Source: Thermoplasmata archaeon (GTDB taxonomy: Archaea > Thermoplasmatota > Thermoplasmata > Lutacidiplasmatales > UBA184). From it: a stretch of DNA of 64,000 nucleotides. Position numbers and translations under genes: made by a program. Shown here piece after piece: positions 44,573 through 53,901 of this stretch. Position 1 is the stretch's first letter, and every line of letters begins with the position of its first letter. The stretch covers positions 5,420 to 69,419 of the forward strand of contig JASHSP010000113.1 of the NCBI GenBank assembly GCA_030038655.1, given 5' to 3'. The notes beneath the pieces were generated by a model. The model did no database searches. It was given only the letters and a program-made list of their open reading frames with translations, and had not been told where the DNA came from.

Positions 44573-46374
44573 ACGACCTCGAGGTCGTTCTCGTACACCG
44601 GGACGAACGGGAGCTTCGGGAGCCACCCGATCGCCGCCGAGCTCAGGGGAAGAGCGAGGGCGGACGGGTTCAGGGCCACGCCGGAGTACATCACCGAGTC
44701 GACGGCGACGTAGTCGATCGGTCGCGGCTCGGCCGGGTTCGGGACGCCCGAACTCACCAGCTCCGCATACGCCGCGGACCAGTTCGCGCCGTTGAACAGC
44801 GCGGGGGTCGTCACCCAGGTCGCGGGGTTGCCGTCGAAGCCGAAGATCATCGAGCTCAGTCGATGGTCCGTCGCGAACGTCGCGGTCGACGGGATCGCGA
44901 TCCCCACCCACATCCAGAGCGCCGCGTCGCCCCGCGTGAGGCCCTCCTCGAAGCCCCCGAAATCCGTCTGGGGGGGGTAGACGATCGCCGCGTTCGCCGC
45001 GACGACCACGACGATCGCGACCGCGGCCGCCACCATCGCCCGCCGGCCCCAACGATCGCCCGTTCGCGCGACGACGCGCGCCGACCCGACGGCCAACAGG
45101 AGCCCGAGCGGGAGGAACAGGTACTCCACGTGTCGCCCGGGGGAGAGCGTGTCGGCGAAGCCGACCGCGACCGAGTACTGCGGGAAGGAGGTCCCGAGCG
45201 ACGCCAGGCCGAGCATCGCCACGGTGGAGAGTCCCAGGGCGCCGAGCCAGGTCAGGCCAAACGGCCCCGCGCGCGCGGGCGAGAGGGTTCGCCGGCTGCC
45301 GGCCCCGAAGAGGGCGAGCCCCATGATCGGCGCGAACCAGAGCAGCGCCGCGGGGCTCGTCGTCTGGCTCGTCCCCGGGATCGGGATGACAAGGAGCAAC
45401 GAGACGCCCCCGCCCACGCCCAGCGCGATGGCGATCGCGTCGCGGAGCGTGCTCCGGTCGGTCGGCAGGCGGACCCACGGCCGGGGTCGGCGGGCCCGGG
45501 ATCGCCGCCACCGGACGAGGAGCGCCGTCGCGCCGACCGCGCCGAGCCCCACGGCCTCGAGGGCGCCGAAGCCCACGTACACGCTCCCTCCGAATCCGGG
45601 CAGGAGCACCTTCGAGACGAACTCGTAGGTGCCGTAGAACCAGAAGCCGAACGTCGCCGTGAGGAAACCCGCCAGGAAGGCGAGCTCGCGGAGCGGTAAC
45701 CGGCGGCTCCAGAGTCCGGGTCGCCAGAGCTCGAGGAAGAGGATGCCGCCGAGCGCGCTGAGGGCGAAGAAGTAGGAGGAAAGGTGATGGGTGAGGATCA
45801 GCGCACCCGCCGTGAGCGAGAGCGGCAGGTACCAACGGCGATCGGTGCGGCTCTCGACCAGCATCCACAAGCAGGCGACGCACAGGAAGTCGCCGAGCGC
45901 GAGCGGCGCGGGGTGCGCGATGGAGAACAGGCGGGGCATCGCCACGGACGAGATCGCCGCCGCGAGGAGGGCGATCGTGTCGTTCGGGTACAGCCGGCGG
46001 AACAGGAGAAAGAGCGGAACGACCGACAGCACCGCGACCACCGGGACGACCACGGTGAGGCCGGTGAACACGCTCGTGTGGAGCGCCTGGGCGGTCCCTC
46101 CGCCGAGGAGGAAGATCCCGGGGAAGTCCGGGTAGGCGGTCCCCCAGCCGGCGTACGCGGCGCCGTGCGGGATCGACCCGGACGCGACGAGGTCGGCGGT
46201 CAGGCGGTAGTACTCGCCGGTGTCGGAACCGAACAACGCGTAGGAGAGGAACGGCTCCAGGGCGACGAAGACGAGGAGCAGCACGAGGCCGGCGAGGAAC
46301 AGCAGGGTCTCGGGCCGCAGGGGTGTTCGGGCGGACGGCGCCGCCCGATTCCCGTCGGGATCGCGGCCGTCCAT
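44539..46374 (-). CDS. Large polytopic membrane protein, possible GT-C-fold glycosyltransferase or envelope-biogenesis protein
   Basis: 611 aa with about 12 TM helices plus a C-terminal extracytoplasmic domain carrying NxS/T sequons. GT-C-like topology only; no WWDYG motif. Family not recognised with certainty. Confidence 0.4.
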   Translation of the reverse strand: MDGRDPDGNRAAPSARTPLRPETLLFLAGLVLLLVFVALEPFLSYALFGSDTGEYYRLTADLVASGSIPHGAAYAGWGTAYPDFPGIFLLGGGTAQALHTSVFTGLTVVVPVVAVLSVVPLFLLFRRLYPNDTIALLAAAISSVAMPRLFSIAHPAPLALGDFLCVACLWMLVESRTDRRWYLPLSLTAGALILTHHLSSYFFALSALGGILFLELWRPGLWSRRLPLRELAFLAGFLTATFGFWFYGTYEFVSKVLLPGFGGSVYVGFGALEAVGLGAVGATALLVRWRRSRARRPRPWVRLPTDRSTLRDAIAIALGVGGGVSLLLVIPIPGTSQTTSPAALLWFAPIMGLALFGAGSRRTLSPARAGPFGLTWLGALGLSTVAMLGLASLGTSFPQYSVAVGFADTLSPGRHVEYLFLPLGLLLAVGSARVVARTGDRWGRRAMVAAAVAIVVVVAANAAIVYPPQTDFGGFEEGLTRGDAALWMWVGIAIPSTATFATDHRLSSMIFGFDGNPATWVTTPALFNGANWSAAYAELVSSGVPNPAEPRPIDYVAVDSVMYSGVALNPSALALPLSSAAIGWLPKLPFVPVYENDLEVVYLVDSSRLVP

Positions 46375-46502
46375 CCGGACGGCCGAGGGGCCGTTCTACG
46401 TAAATCGGTGCGCCCGGAGCGGTCGCCGCTCCCTCTCGAGGGGCCGGTTCACCATACGCATAAATAGGAGGGCTTGGTGCGCCCGACTCGAGGGCCCCCT
46501 AG

Positions 46503-46877
46503 ATGGTTACGTCCCGCCGACCGGCCCCGCGTTCGCGGCCGTCCGCGAAGAAGCGCCCGACCGCCCGGCGGCCCGCGCCCCGGAAGCCCGCGAAGGCGGC
46601 CTCGAAAAAGCCGGTCAAGCCGGCGGCGAAGACGGCCCGACGGACCCCTCCGCCGCCGAAGAAGCCGGTCGCCGCACCGGTCGTGAAGGTTCCCGAGCTC
46701 GAAGTACCGCTGCCCGGGGGACGTCGCCACATCCTGTCGCTGTCGTTCGTGCGGGACGGGGACGAGTTCCTGGCGCGGCTGGAGACGGACGCGGGCCACA
46801 TCACGGAACTCAAGAACCGGTCGCTGGACCAGCTGCTCACCCTCGTGGCGAGCGAGCTCGAAGACGTACTCGAGTGA
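46503..46877 (+). CDS. Hypothetical protein with Lys/Pro/Ala-rich basic N-terminus (histone H1-like tail) and a small C-terminal domain
   Basis: RRPAPRKPAKAASKKPVKPAAKTARRTPPPPKKPVAAPVVKVPELEV is followed by a structured ~50-aa domain. Confidence 0.35.
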   Translation: MVTSRRPAPRSRPSAKKRPTARRPAPRKPAKAASKKPVKPAAKTARRTPPPPKKPVAAPVVKVPELEVPLPGGRRHILSLSFVRDGDEFLARLETDAGHITELKNRSLDQLLTLVASELEDVLE

Positions 46878-46886
46878 ATCGGGCGG

Positions 46887-47465
46887 TCAGCCCTCCGCCC
46901 GGGGCCGGTCGTGGTAGGTGATCTCCAGGATGCCTTCCTCCAGCAGATAGGTCCCGCGTGCCCGGCCGCCCACGACCTCCACGGCGTCGACGGCCCCTTC
47001 GGAGAGGAAGCCGGAGGGGTAGCGTCGGACGAGGCGGACGGTGAGCTCCGAGACGCCGGGGAAGACGCGGCGGCGGCCGAACCGTCCGATGACCACCGTC
47101 CCCCGGGGCCGGAATTCGACCGCCCGGGGTGCCGAAGCGAGCGCGAGGACCGCGCCGCCGACGGCGATCGCGACGGCGAACGCCGCGAAGATCTCGAGGG
47201 CTTGCAGTGCCCCCGGGCTGTCGCCTCCGGGGACGGTCCGGGCGTAGAGCGCGAACGCGGTGAACAACGCCGCCACGCCCAGGACGAACAGCGAGCTCAG
47301 GCGGACCGCACGGCGCGTGCCCGCGCGGTTCGGCCGGCGATTGACCGGCGCGCTGTCCCCCGGCGCGATGGGTCCGGGCGCCGCGGTCGGCCGAACCCCC
47401 GGACCTTCTCGAGCCGCGGCGCGTGGGATCCGCACGGCGCGCGACGCGGAGGGGCCCGACACCAT
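46887..47465 (-). CDS. Hypothetical membrane protein (two TM helices plus a PH-like soluble domain)
   Basis: 192 aa with TM helices [20 protein letters not shown] and [19 protein letters not shown]. Confidence 0.35.
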   Translation of the reverse strand: MVSGPSASRAVRIPRAAAREGPGVRPTAAPGPIAPGDSAPVNRRPNRAGTRRAVRLSSLFVLGVAALFTAFALYARTVPGGDSPGALQALEIFAAFAVAIAVGGAVLALASAPRAVEFRPRGTVVIGRFGRRRVFPGVSELTVRLVRRYPSGFLSEGAVDAVEVVGGRARGTYLLEEGILEITYHDRPRAEG

Positions 47466-47517
47466 CGGTCAACCGGGGCCTCACAGTCTTAAATCTACCC
47501 GCGCAACCTCGGCCGGC

Positions 47518-47928
47518 ATGACGACCCGGACCGAGTACCTGGTCATGAACACCGACTCCGCCCGGGCGCTGGTGAACATCACCGATCGGGTCCGCTCCAT
47601 CGTGCGCGGGAGCGGGGTCCGGGAGGGGCTGGTCCTCGTCTCGTCGATGCACATCACGTCCGCGGTGTTCGTCAACGACGACGAGCCGGGGCTGCACCGG
47701 GACATCCAGGCGTGGGCCGACCGGTTGGCGCCCCCCGGCCGCTACGAGCACCACCGGTCCGGCGAGACGAACGGGGACGCCCATCTCAAGAACCTGCTCC
47801 TGGGGCACCAGGTCGTGCTGCCGGTCACGAACGGGGACCTCGACCTCGGCCCGTGGGAGCGGGTCTTCTACGGCGAGTTCGACGGGCGTCGTCCGAAGCG
47901 GGTGGTCGTGAAGGTCGTCGGCGACTGA
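47518..47928 (+). CDS. yjbQ: YjbQ/UPF0047 family protein (secondary thiamine-phosphate synthase enzyme)
   Basis: 136 aa from the ATG at 47518 ([13 protein letters not shown]...). Family motifs ..[69 protein letters not shown] are present. Confidence 0.7.
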   Translation: MTTRTEYLVMNTDSARALVNITDRVRSIVRGSGVREGLVLVSSMHITSAVFVNDDEPGLHRDIQAWADRLAPPGRYEHHRSGETNGDAHLKNLLLGHQVVLPVTNGDLDLGPWERVFYGEFDGRRPKRVVVKVVGD

Positions 47929-47933
47929 GGCGG

Positions 47934-49043
47934 TTACGCCTCGAGCTGGGGGTCGCCGGGAGCTCCGCCCGGGGCGGACGGACGCGGGAGCGGCGCCTCC
48001 AGGTCGACCTCGGGGACCTTGCGGGCGATCTCCTTCGCCATCGCCGAGCAGCTGGAGGGGGGGACGGGCCGCTGCGTGTACCCCGGCAACGCGAGGTCGT
48101 ACGTGACGACCTTCTTCTCGGCGATCGTCTCCCAGACCGCGCGGAACACCCGCTCCGCCGCCTCCTTCTCGCCCAGGTGGCGCATCAGGAGCTCGACGCA
48201 GAGGATCTCGGCGACCGGATCGGCGCGGTCCTGTCCCGCGTACTTGGGGGCCGAGCCATGCACCGGCTCGAACGCGGCGATGTTGTCTCCGAACAACGCC
48301 CCCGGTGCCACGCCCAACCCTCCCGCGAGCCCCGCGCACAGGTCGGATAGGATGTCGCCGAAGAGGTTGGTCGTGACGAGGACGTCGTACTCGGACGGTT
48401 TCTTGACGAGCTGCATGCACATGTTGTCGATCAGGCGCTCGTCCGAGGCGATCTCCGGGTACTTGGGGGCCATCTCCCGGAACGCCGTCTGGAACAACGC
48501 TCCCGTCGTCTTCATGATGTTCGCCTTGTGGACGGCCGTCACGTGGCGGCGGTGCTCCCGGCGGGCGAGCTCGAACGCAAACCGGACGATCCGGTCGGAC
48601 GCCTTGCGGGTGATGACGTTCACCGTCTCGGCCGCGGTGCGGTCGCGGTCCACCCAGTGCTCGACGCCCGAGTAGAGCCCCTCGGTCGCCTCGCGAACCA
48701 CGACGAGGTCGGTCTCGGGGAAGCGGGTGCCCTCGCCCGCGATCGCGCGGGCGGGCCGGACCGAGGCATACAGGTCGAGCTGCTGGCGCAACGCGACGTT
48801 CACCGACCGGAACCCCCCGCCGATGGGCGTCGTGATCGGACCCTTGAGGGCCACCCGGTTCTTGCGAATCGAGTCGAGGACCGAGTCCGGCAGGGGGGTA
48901 CCGTGCGACTTGATCGCCACCTCGCCCGCCTCCGCGACCTCCCAGTCGATCGAGACCCCGGTCGCGTCCGCAACCCGGCGGGCGGCGGCGGTCACCTCGG
49001 GCCCGATCCCGTCTCCCGGAATGAGGGTGACCCGATGCCCCAC
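47934..49043 (-). CDS. Isopropylmalate/isocitrate/homoisocitrate dehydrogenase family protein
   Basis: 369 aa: N-terminal IPGDGIGPEV, LR..LDLYA and the C-terminal metal/NAD-binding region of beta-decarboxylating dehydrogenases. Whether it is LeuB or ICDH cannot be decided by eye. Confidence 0.75.
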   Translation of the reverse strand: MGHRVTLIPGDGIGPEVTAAARRVADATGVSIDWEVAEAGEVAIKSHGTPLPDSVLDSIRKNRVALKGPITTPIGGGFRSVNVALRQQLDLYASVRPARAIAGEGTRFPETDLVVVREATEGLYSGVEHWVDRDRTAAETVNVITRKASDRIVRFAFELARREHRRHVTAVHKANIMKTTGALFQTAFREMAPKYPEIASDERLIDNMCMQLVKKPSEYDVLVTTNLFGDILSDLCAGLAGGLGVAPGALFGDNIAAFEPVHGSAPKYAGQDRADPVAEILCVELLMRHLGEKEAAERVFRAVWETIAEKKVVTYDLALPGYTQRPVPPSSCSAMAKEIARKVPEVDLEAPLPRPSAPGGAPGDPQLEA

Positions 49044-49304
49044 CGATGTCGCCTTCCGCTGGGGCCGAGCCCCCGCGGCATTTAAGCGGGCGGCCGGGGG
49101 CCGCGGCCACCGACAGGGAGCTTACCGAACCGACGTCCCTTTCGGCGGAGCGACGCCGCGGTGCGGCCGCTGGACGACCCCGCTACTCCGGAGAGGGGGC
49201 CATCGTCCGGACCGTCGCGAGCGTCCGCTGCGCTCGGCCCGGGCCGAAACGTCGGCGGTTCCGCCGGGCCGCGGCAGCGTTCACCGTCTCGGCCCACCTT
49301 CAAC

Positions 49305-49318
49305 AGTATTCTTATAAC
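49305..49318 (+). promoter_or_regulatory. TATA box (TATTCTTATAAC) upstream of orc1/cdc6-like gene
   Basis: An AT island ~28 nt upstream of the ATG at 49339, suggesting a leaderless transcript. Confidence 0.35.
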
Positions 49319-49338
49319 TCGCAGTTATTCGTGAAGCG

Positions 49339-50532
49339 ATGATGCCCACGTCCAATCCGGAGGTCCTCGCGAACGACTGGCTACCCCCGCTCGCGCTGGG
49401 GCGCGAACGCGAGCTGAACGAGGCGGTCCTGCGCCTCGACGCCCCGGCCCCGCGGGCCCCGGGGCCGTGGATCGTGGCGATCGCGGGACCTTCGGGCACG
49501 GGTACCTCCACCGTCGCGCGACGCGCGGCTCGCGAGGTCATCGAGCAGCTCCGGCAGCTGTCCGGCGACCCCGCCCCGAGGGTCCTCGCCGTGCGGACCT
49601 CCGGCCTGCGAGGGGCGCACGGCGTGGCGACCGCGCTGCTGCGACGATTCGATGAGGGGTTCGACGGACGTGGCTTTCCGGTCGCCGAGGTCATCGCCGG
49701 GGTCCTCCGGCGCGTCCGCCGGGACGGCCGCCCGACCGTCGTGGTCCTGGATGACGTCGGGGTCGGGGGGCCGGATCTCACCCCGCTGCTGCGGGCGTTC
49801 GGGAGCCCCGACCGGTTCCTGCCGGAAGGCGAGTCGGGCCTTCCTCCGCTCTGGACGATCCTCGCCGGTTCTCCGGAAGCCCTGTCCACGGCGGTCGCGG
49901 AGGTCGAGGACCGCATGGCGGTGCGCCCGTTCATCGAGCTGCGACCGTACCCGGAGTCCCACCTTCGAGCGATCGTGCGCGATCGGGCGGAGCGAGCGCT
50001 CGGCCGGCCGCCACCGTCCGCGCTCGTCGCGCGCGTCGTGGAGCAGGCGGTGGCCGAGGGGGGTGGCGCACGGCGCGCCGTGGACATCCTCCGGCGCGAG
50101 CTCCTCGGGAGGCCGCGGGAGCCGGGCCGACTCCCCGGCGGACCGATCCCCTCCGACGGCGTTGCGATCGAGGCCCGGGTCGTGCACGCGATCGACGCCG
50201 CGAGCGGCGGCGTCGCCGCGCCGCTCGGCGAGGTGAAGCGGCGGGAAGCCGAGCTCGCACGGGAAGAGGGCGTGCGACCTCTCCCGACGACGACGCTTTG
50301 GAGGCGGATCGTCCGCCTGGAACGCGCGGGGTACGTCCGCCGCGACATCCGGAGCGGGGGGGTCGGAGGAACTCGGTCGATCGTCCGCGTCCTGACCCCC
50401 GTGGACGAGTGGGTCACGGCACCGTATCGGTGTGGTACTCCTCGAGCCGGCGGCGGACCCTTCCGCGCTCCGGAACGGGCGCCGCCGCCGGCACGGGCGT
50501 CGCGCGCGGCGTCGTGGCGTCCCGTCGGCTGA
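49339..50532 (+). CDS. Orc1/Cdc6-family AAA+ protein with a degenerate Walker A (GPSGTGTST, Lys replaced)
   Basis: The N-terminus has the Orc1 pattern L..DWLPP.L.GRERELNEAVL..L and a Walker-A-like P-loop IAGPSGTGTSTVARR. Walker B is VVVLDDVG. A C-terminal winged helix is present (TTTLWRRIVRLERAGYVRRDIRSGGVGGTRSIVRVL). The 3' end overlaps the convergent hel308. Confidence 0.5.
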   Translation: MMPTSNPEVLANDWLPPLALGRERELNEAVLRLDAPAPRAPGPWIVAIAGPSGTGTSTVARRAAREVIEQLRQLSGDPAPRVLAVRTSGLRGAHGVATALLRRFDEGFDGRGFPVAEVIAGVLRRVRRDGRPTVVVLDDVGVGGPDLTPLLRAFGSPDRFLPEGESGLPPLWTILAGSPEALSTAVAEVEDRMAVRPFIELRPYPESHLRAIVRDRAERALGRPPPSALVARVVEQAVAEGGGARRAVDILRRELLGRPREPGRLPGGPIPSDGVAIEARVVHAIDAASGGVAAPLGEVKRREAELAREEGVRPLPTTTLWRRIVRLERAGYVRRDIRSGGVGGTRSIVRVLTPVDEWVTAPYRCGTPRAGGGPFRAPERAPPPARASRAASWRPVG

Positions 50533-52708
50533 GCTGGGCGATCACCATCTCCGCGAGCCGGGGGGAGCCGAGGGCCCGCTCGATGCGTTCCTTCGGCGCG
50601 GCCCGGAGGGACTCGCGGTCGGCGTACCCGGCGCGATACAGCTGTCGGGCCCGCACCCGCCCGATCCCCCGAAGCCGCACGAGGTCGAGCAGCTCCTCCT
50701 TCGCGCCGTAGCGAACGCGGAGGGCGAGGTCGTCGATCGCGCGCGCGAGCCGGCGCTGGAACGTGACCGCCAGTCGGCCGGCGGCGAAGAGGAGCCAGTC
50801 GGCGTCCTCGACCTTGGTGCGGAGGTCGCCGGCGCCGATTCCGAACCGCTCGGTGATCTCCACGATGGGCGTTTCGGCGACCCACGCCTCGAGGACCGAG
50901 GCGGTCTTCAGCGTCGCGAAGAACGCGTCCACGTCCAGGTCGAGCGGGGGCTCCTCGGGCTTCACGAGAAGTTCCTCGGCCTCCGACGTAAACCGCTCGC
51001 GCATGTCGGACTCCTCGCCGCGACGCAGGAAGAGGGGCGGTAGATCCGGCGTGGAGGCGACGGCGGCCAGCAGGGGGAACTCCGCCACGCCGATCGGGGC
51101 CCGCTCGAGGACGTTTCGCAGGACCAGGGCGCTCAACGGGTCGAGGTAGAGCTGGCTCGTGAGCTCGCCGAACCGGGTCGCGCGCAGCGCCGGGCCGGTC
51201 TCCAGGAAGCCGTACTCTTCGAGGAACCGGCGAACCTTGGCCACGTGCGCGTGCAGGTCCGGAAGGGGCAGGGTGTGGCCGTAGAACGTTGCCGCAAAGA
51301 ATCCCTCCAGGTCCGCGTCGGTCGCGACCGCGCCGCTGGCGACCAGCGCGAGCACGTGCATGCGCAGCGCCGGTTCCGCGGCGAGCCGGCTGACGATCGG
51401 CTCGGGGGGGGCGGCGAGGTACCCGTCGAGGAGCTTCTCCTCGTCCTCCGGGCCGCGGGCGAGGAGCAGCGCTTCCCCGACGGGGTCGAACCGGGGCCGA
51501 CCCGCGCGGCCGAGCATCTGGTGGACCTCGAGCGCCGGGATCGGCGCCTGCATGCCGAGCCGGTCGTCGTACCGTGTGGTGTCGCGCACGATGACCCGGC
51601 GCGCAGGCAGGTTGATGCCCGCCGCGAGCGTCGGCGTGGCCACGAGGACCTTCAGGGCGCGGTCGCGGAACGCCCGCTCCACGACCCGCCGCTCGGAGTT
51701 CGTCAGGGACGCGTTGTGGAACGCCACGCCGTACGGGAGGAGCGCGCTCAGCCGGCGGGCCCCTTCGGTGTCCTCTTCCGAGATTACCGAAAGTTCCTGC
51801 GCGGCGGCCCGCGCCCTCGCTCGCTCGACGTCCCCGAGCAGCGGGCTCACCGTGCCCGTCAGCGACCGGGCGACCTGCTCGCTCGCCTTGCGGGTGCTGA
51901 CGAAGACGAGTGCCTGTCCCCCCTCCTCCACGACCGTCCGCACGAGCCGGGGGACCGGGTCCCCCGGCGGCCGGATCTCCCGCGTGGAGAGGTCGGTGAA
52001 CGTGATCCGGCCGTCCAGGTACACCCCCAGTTTGAGCGGCACGGGGCGGAAGTCGCTCGCGATGTGCCGGGCGCGGAGCCAGTCGGCCAGCTCCTCGGAG
52101 TTGCCCACGGTCGCCGACAACGCAACGACCTGAAGGTCCGGGTACGACCGCCGAAGTCGGGTCAGGCTGACCTCGAGCGTCGGCCCGCGGTCGTGGTCCC
52201 GCATCAGGTGCACCTCGTCGGCGACCACGACGCCGAGTCGGTCGAGCCAGGGCGAGCGGCGTCGCAGGAGCCCGTCCGCCTTCTCGCTGGTCGCGACCAG
52301 GACGTCGAGCTTCTCGAGGCGGTCGGCCGGCAGGTCGAAATCGCCGATCGAGATCCCGACCTTCAGCCCCAGCTCGGCGAACTTCTCGAGTTCCTCGGAC
52401 TTCTCGGAGGCGAGCGCGCGCAGGGGCACGAGATAGAGCGCCGTCCGGTGGGCGCGCGCCGCCCGCAGCAGCGCGAAGTACGCCACGAGCGACTTGCCGC
52501 TGGCCGTCGGGCAGGCCAGGACGACGCTCTCCCCGGCGAGCACGGGGCCGAGGGCGCTCGCCTGGGGCGGATAGAGATGCGTGATGCCGTCCTCGACCAG
52601 CAGCCGGCGTACCTCCGGGTCGAGCGGGGTCGCCTCGAGCGGAACGGACTCGGCGGGTTCCGGTGGCGGCCGCCGTCGGGGCGTGCGGCCGGCACCGCGG
52701 GCGGGCAT
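50414..52708 (-). CDS. hel308: Ski2-like DNA helicase Hel308 (Hjm)
   Basis: The Q-motif region, motif I ACPTASGKSL, motif II VADEVH, SAT and the helicase C-domain are present. They are followed by the winged-helix/ratchet domain and a C-terminal HhH domain. 764 aa. Confidence 0.8.
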   Translation of the reverse strand: MPARGAGRTPRRRPPPEPAESVPLEATPLDPEVRRLLVEDGITHLYPPQASALGPVLAGESVVLACPTASGKSLVAYFALLRAARAHRTALYLVPLRALASEKSEELEKFAELGLKVGISIGDFDLPADRLEKLDVLVATSEKADGLLRRRSPWLDRLGVVVADEVHLMRDHDRGPTLEVSLTRLRRSYPDLQVVALSATVGNSEELADWLRARHIASDFRPVPLKLGVYLDGRITFTDLSTREIRPPGDPVPRLVRTVVEEGGQALVFVSTRKASEQVARSLTGTVSPLLGDVERARARAAAQELSVISEEDTEGARRLSALLPYGVAFHNASLTNSERRVVERAFRDRALKVLVATPTLAAGINLPARRVIVRDTTRYDDRLGMQAPIPALEVHQMLGRAGRPRFDPVGEALLLARGPEDEEKLLDGYLAAPPEPIVSRLAAEPALRMHVLALVASGAVATDADLEGFFAATFYGHTLPLPDLHAHVAKVRRFLEEYGFLETGPALRATRFGELTSQLYLDPLSALVLRNVLERAPIGVAEFPLLAAVASTPDLPPLFLRRGEESDMRERFTSEAEELLVKPEEPPLDLDVDAFFATLKTASVLEAWVAETPIVEITERFGIGAGDLRTKVEDADWLLFAAGRLAVTFQRRLARAIDDLALRVRYGAKEELLDLVRLRGIGRVRARQLYRAGYADRESLRAAPKERIERALGSPRLAEMVIAQLSRRDATTPRATPVPAAAPVPERGRVRRRLEEYHTDTVP

Positions 52709-52733
52709 CGGGGACTCGGAGAACCCGCGCGTA

Positions 52734-53882
52734 CTAGACGGTTGGTTCGGATTCGGGCGCGAGAAGGCTCCGGGCGAGAATCAGCTCCTGGATCTCGGTC
52801 GTGCCTTCGACGAGCGGGAAGACGCGCGCGTCCCGCAGCAAGCGCTCGGCGTTCGACCCCGAGAGAACGCCCGCCGGTCCCGCGACGTCCACCCCGGCGG
52901 AGGCAATCGAGACCGCGGCGCGGGAGGCCACGAGCTTGGCGACGGACGCGTCGGTCGCGTACGGCACCCCGGCGTCCTTCCGCTCCGCGGCGCGGTCGAC
53001 CAGGGCGCGCGAGGCGGCCACGGCCGCGTAGGCGCGGGCCAGCTGCGTGCGCTTCCACTCGGCGTCCTCGGCCCGCACGTTCGCCAGCATCTCCTCGAAC
53101 GCCGCGCGGGCAACCCCCAGGGCGCACGCCGCGATCCCGACCCTCCCTCCCGCCAGACCCCGGAAGGCGACCTTGAGCCCGTCCCCCTCGGGCCCGAGCA
53201 GCGCCTCGGCGGGCAGGCGGACGCCGTCGAGCACCAGCTCGGTCGTCTCGCTGCCCCGCAGCCCGAGCTTGTCCAGCCGCTGCGCGACCGAGAACCCTCC
53301 CGTCCCCGGGGGCACGATGAACGCAGAGACGCCGCGATGGCCCAGCGCCGGGTCGCGGGTCGCGAACACCAGGACGACGCCGGCGCTCACCGCGTTCGAA
53401 ATGAACATCTTCGAGCCGTGCATGACGAAGCCGTTCGCCTCCCGCGCGTAGCGGGTCCGCAGGCCGGCGGCGTCCGACCCGGCACCGGGCTCGGTCAGCC
53501 CGAACGCGCCGACGCCCTCCCCGCGAGCCAGCGGCCGCAGGTACCGCTCCTTCTGGGCCGGCGTTCCCCACTCGAGGATCGGCACGGCGCACACGGAGGT
53601 GTGTACCGCGACCATCACCGCGATCGCGGCGCTCCCGCGGGCGAGCTCCTCCAGCACGGCCACGGCGTCCCGCGCGGACCCGCCGCGACCCCCCCACTCT
53701 GCCGGGATCCCGAGGCCGAAGAACCCCTCCGAGGCGAGCCGGGCGACGATCTCGTCGGGCACCCGGTCGTCCCGGTCGATCCGGGATGCGGCGGGTGCGA
53801 CCACGCGGTCGACGAACTCGGACGCCTTGCGTCGCCATTCGGCCGGCGAGTCCGAGGGCTCCGGGGCCACGAGGGACCGCAC
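52734..53882 (-). CDS. Acyl-CoA dehydrogenase family protein
   Basis: 382 aa with the ACAD N-terminal, middle and C-terminal domains (..GFFGLGIPAEWGG.., ..FGLTEPGAGSDAAG.., C-terminal QLARAYAAVAASRAL). Confidence 0.8.
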   Translation of the reverse strand: MRSLVAPEPSDSPAEWRRKASEFVDRVVAPAASRIDRDDRVPDEIVARLASEGFFGLGIPAEWGGRGGSARDAVAVLEELARGSAAIAVMVAVHTSVCAVPILEWGTPAQKERYLRPLARGEGVGAFGLTEPGAGSDAAGLRTRYAREANGFVMHGSKMFISNAVSAGVVLVFATRDPALGHRGVSAFIVPPGTGGFSVAQRLDKLGLRGSETTELVLDGVRLPAEALLGPEGDGLKVAFRGLAGGRVGIAACALGVARAAFEEMLANVRAEDAEWKRTQLARAYAAVAASRALVDRAAERKDAGVPYATDASVAKLVASRAAVSIASAGVDVAGPAGVLSGSNAERLLRDARVFPLVEGTTEIQELILARSLLAPESEPTV

Positions 53883-53901
53883 CCCGCCGAAGGCTTAAGG
53901 C

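Noticed and set aside
49044-49338. Replication origin upstream of the Orc1/Cdc6-like gene
   Set aside because: The 295-bp region is not AT-rich apart from the TATA box, and no repeated ORB-like elements are visible.
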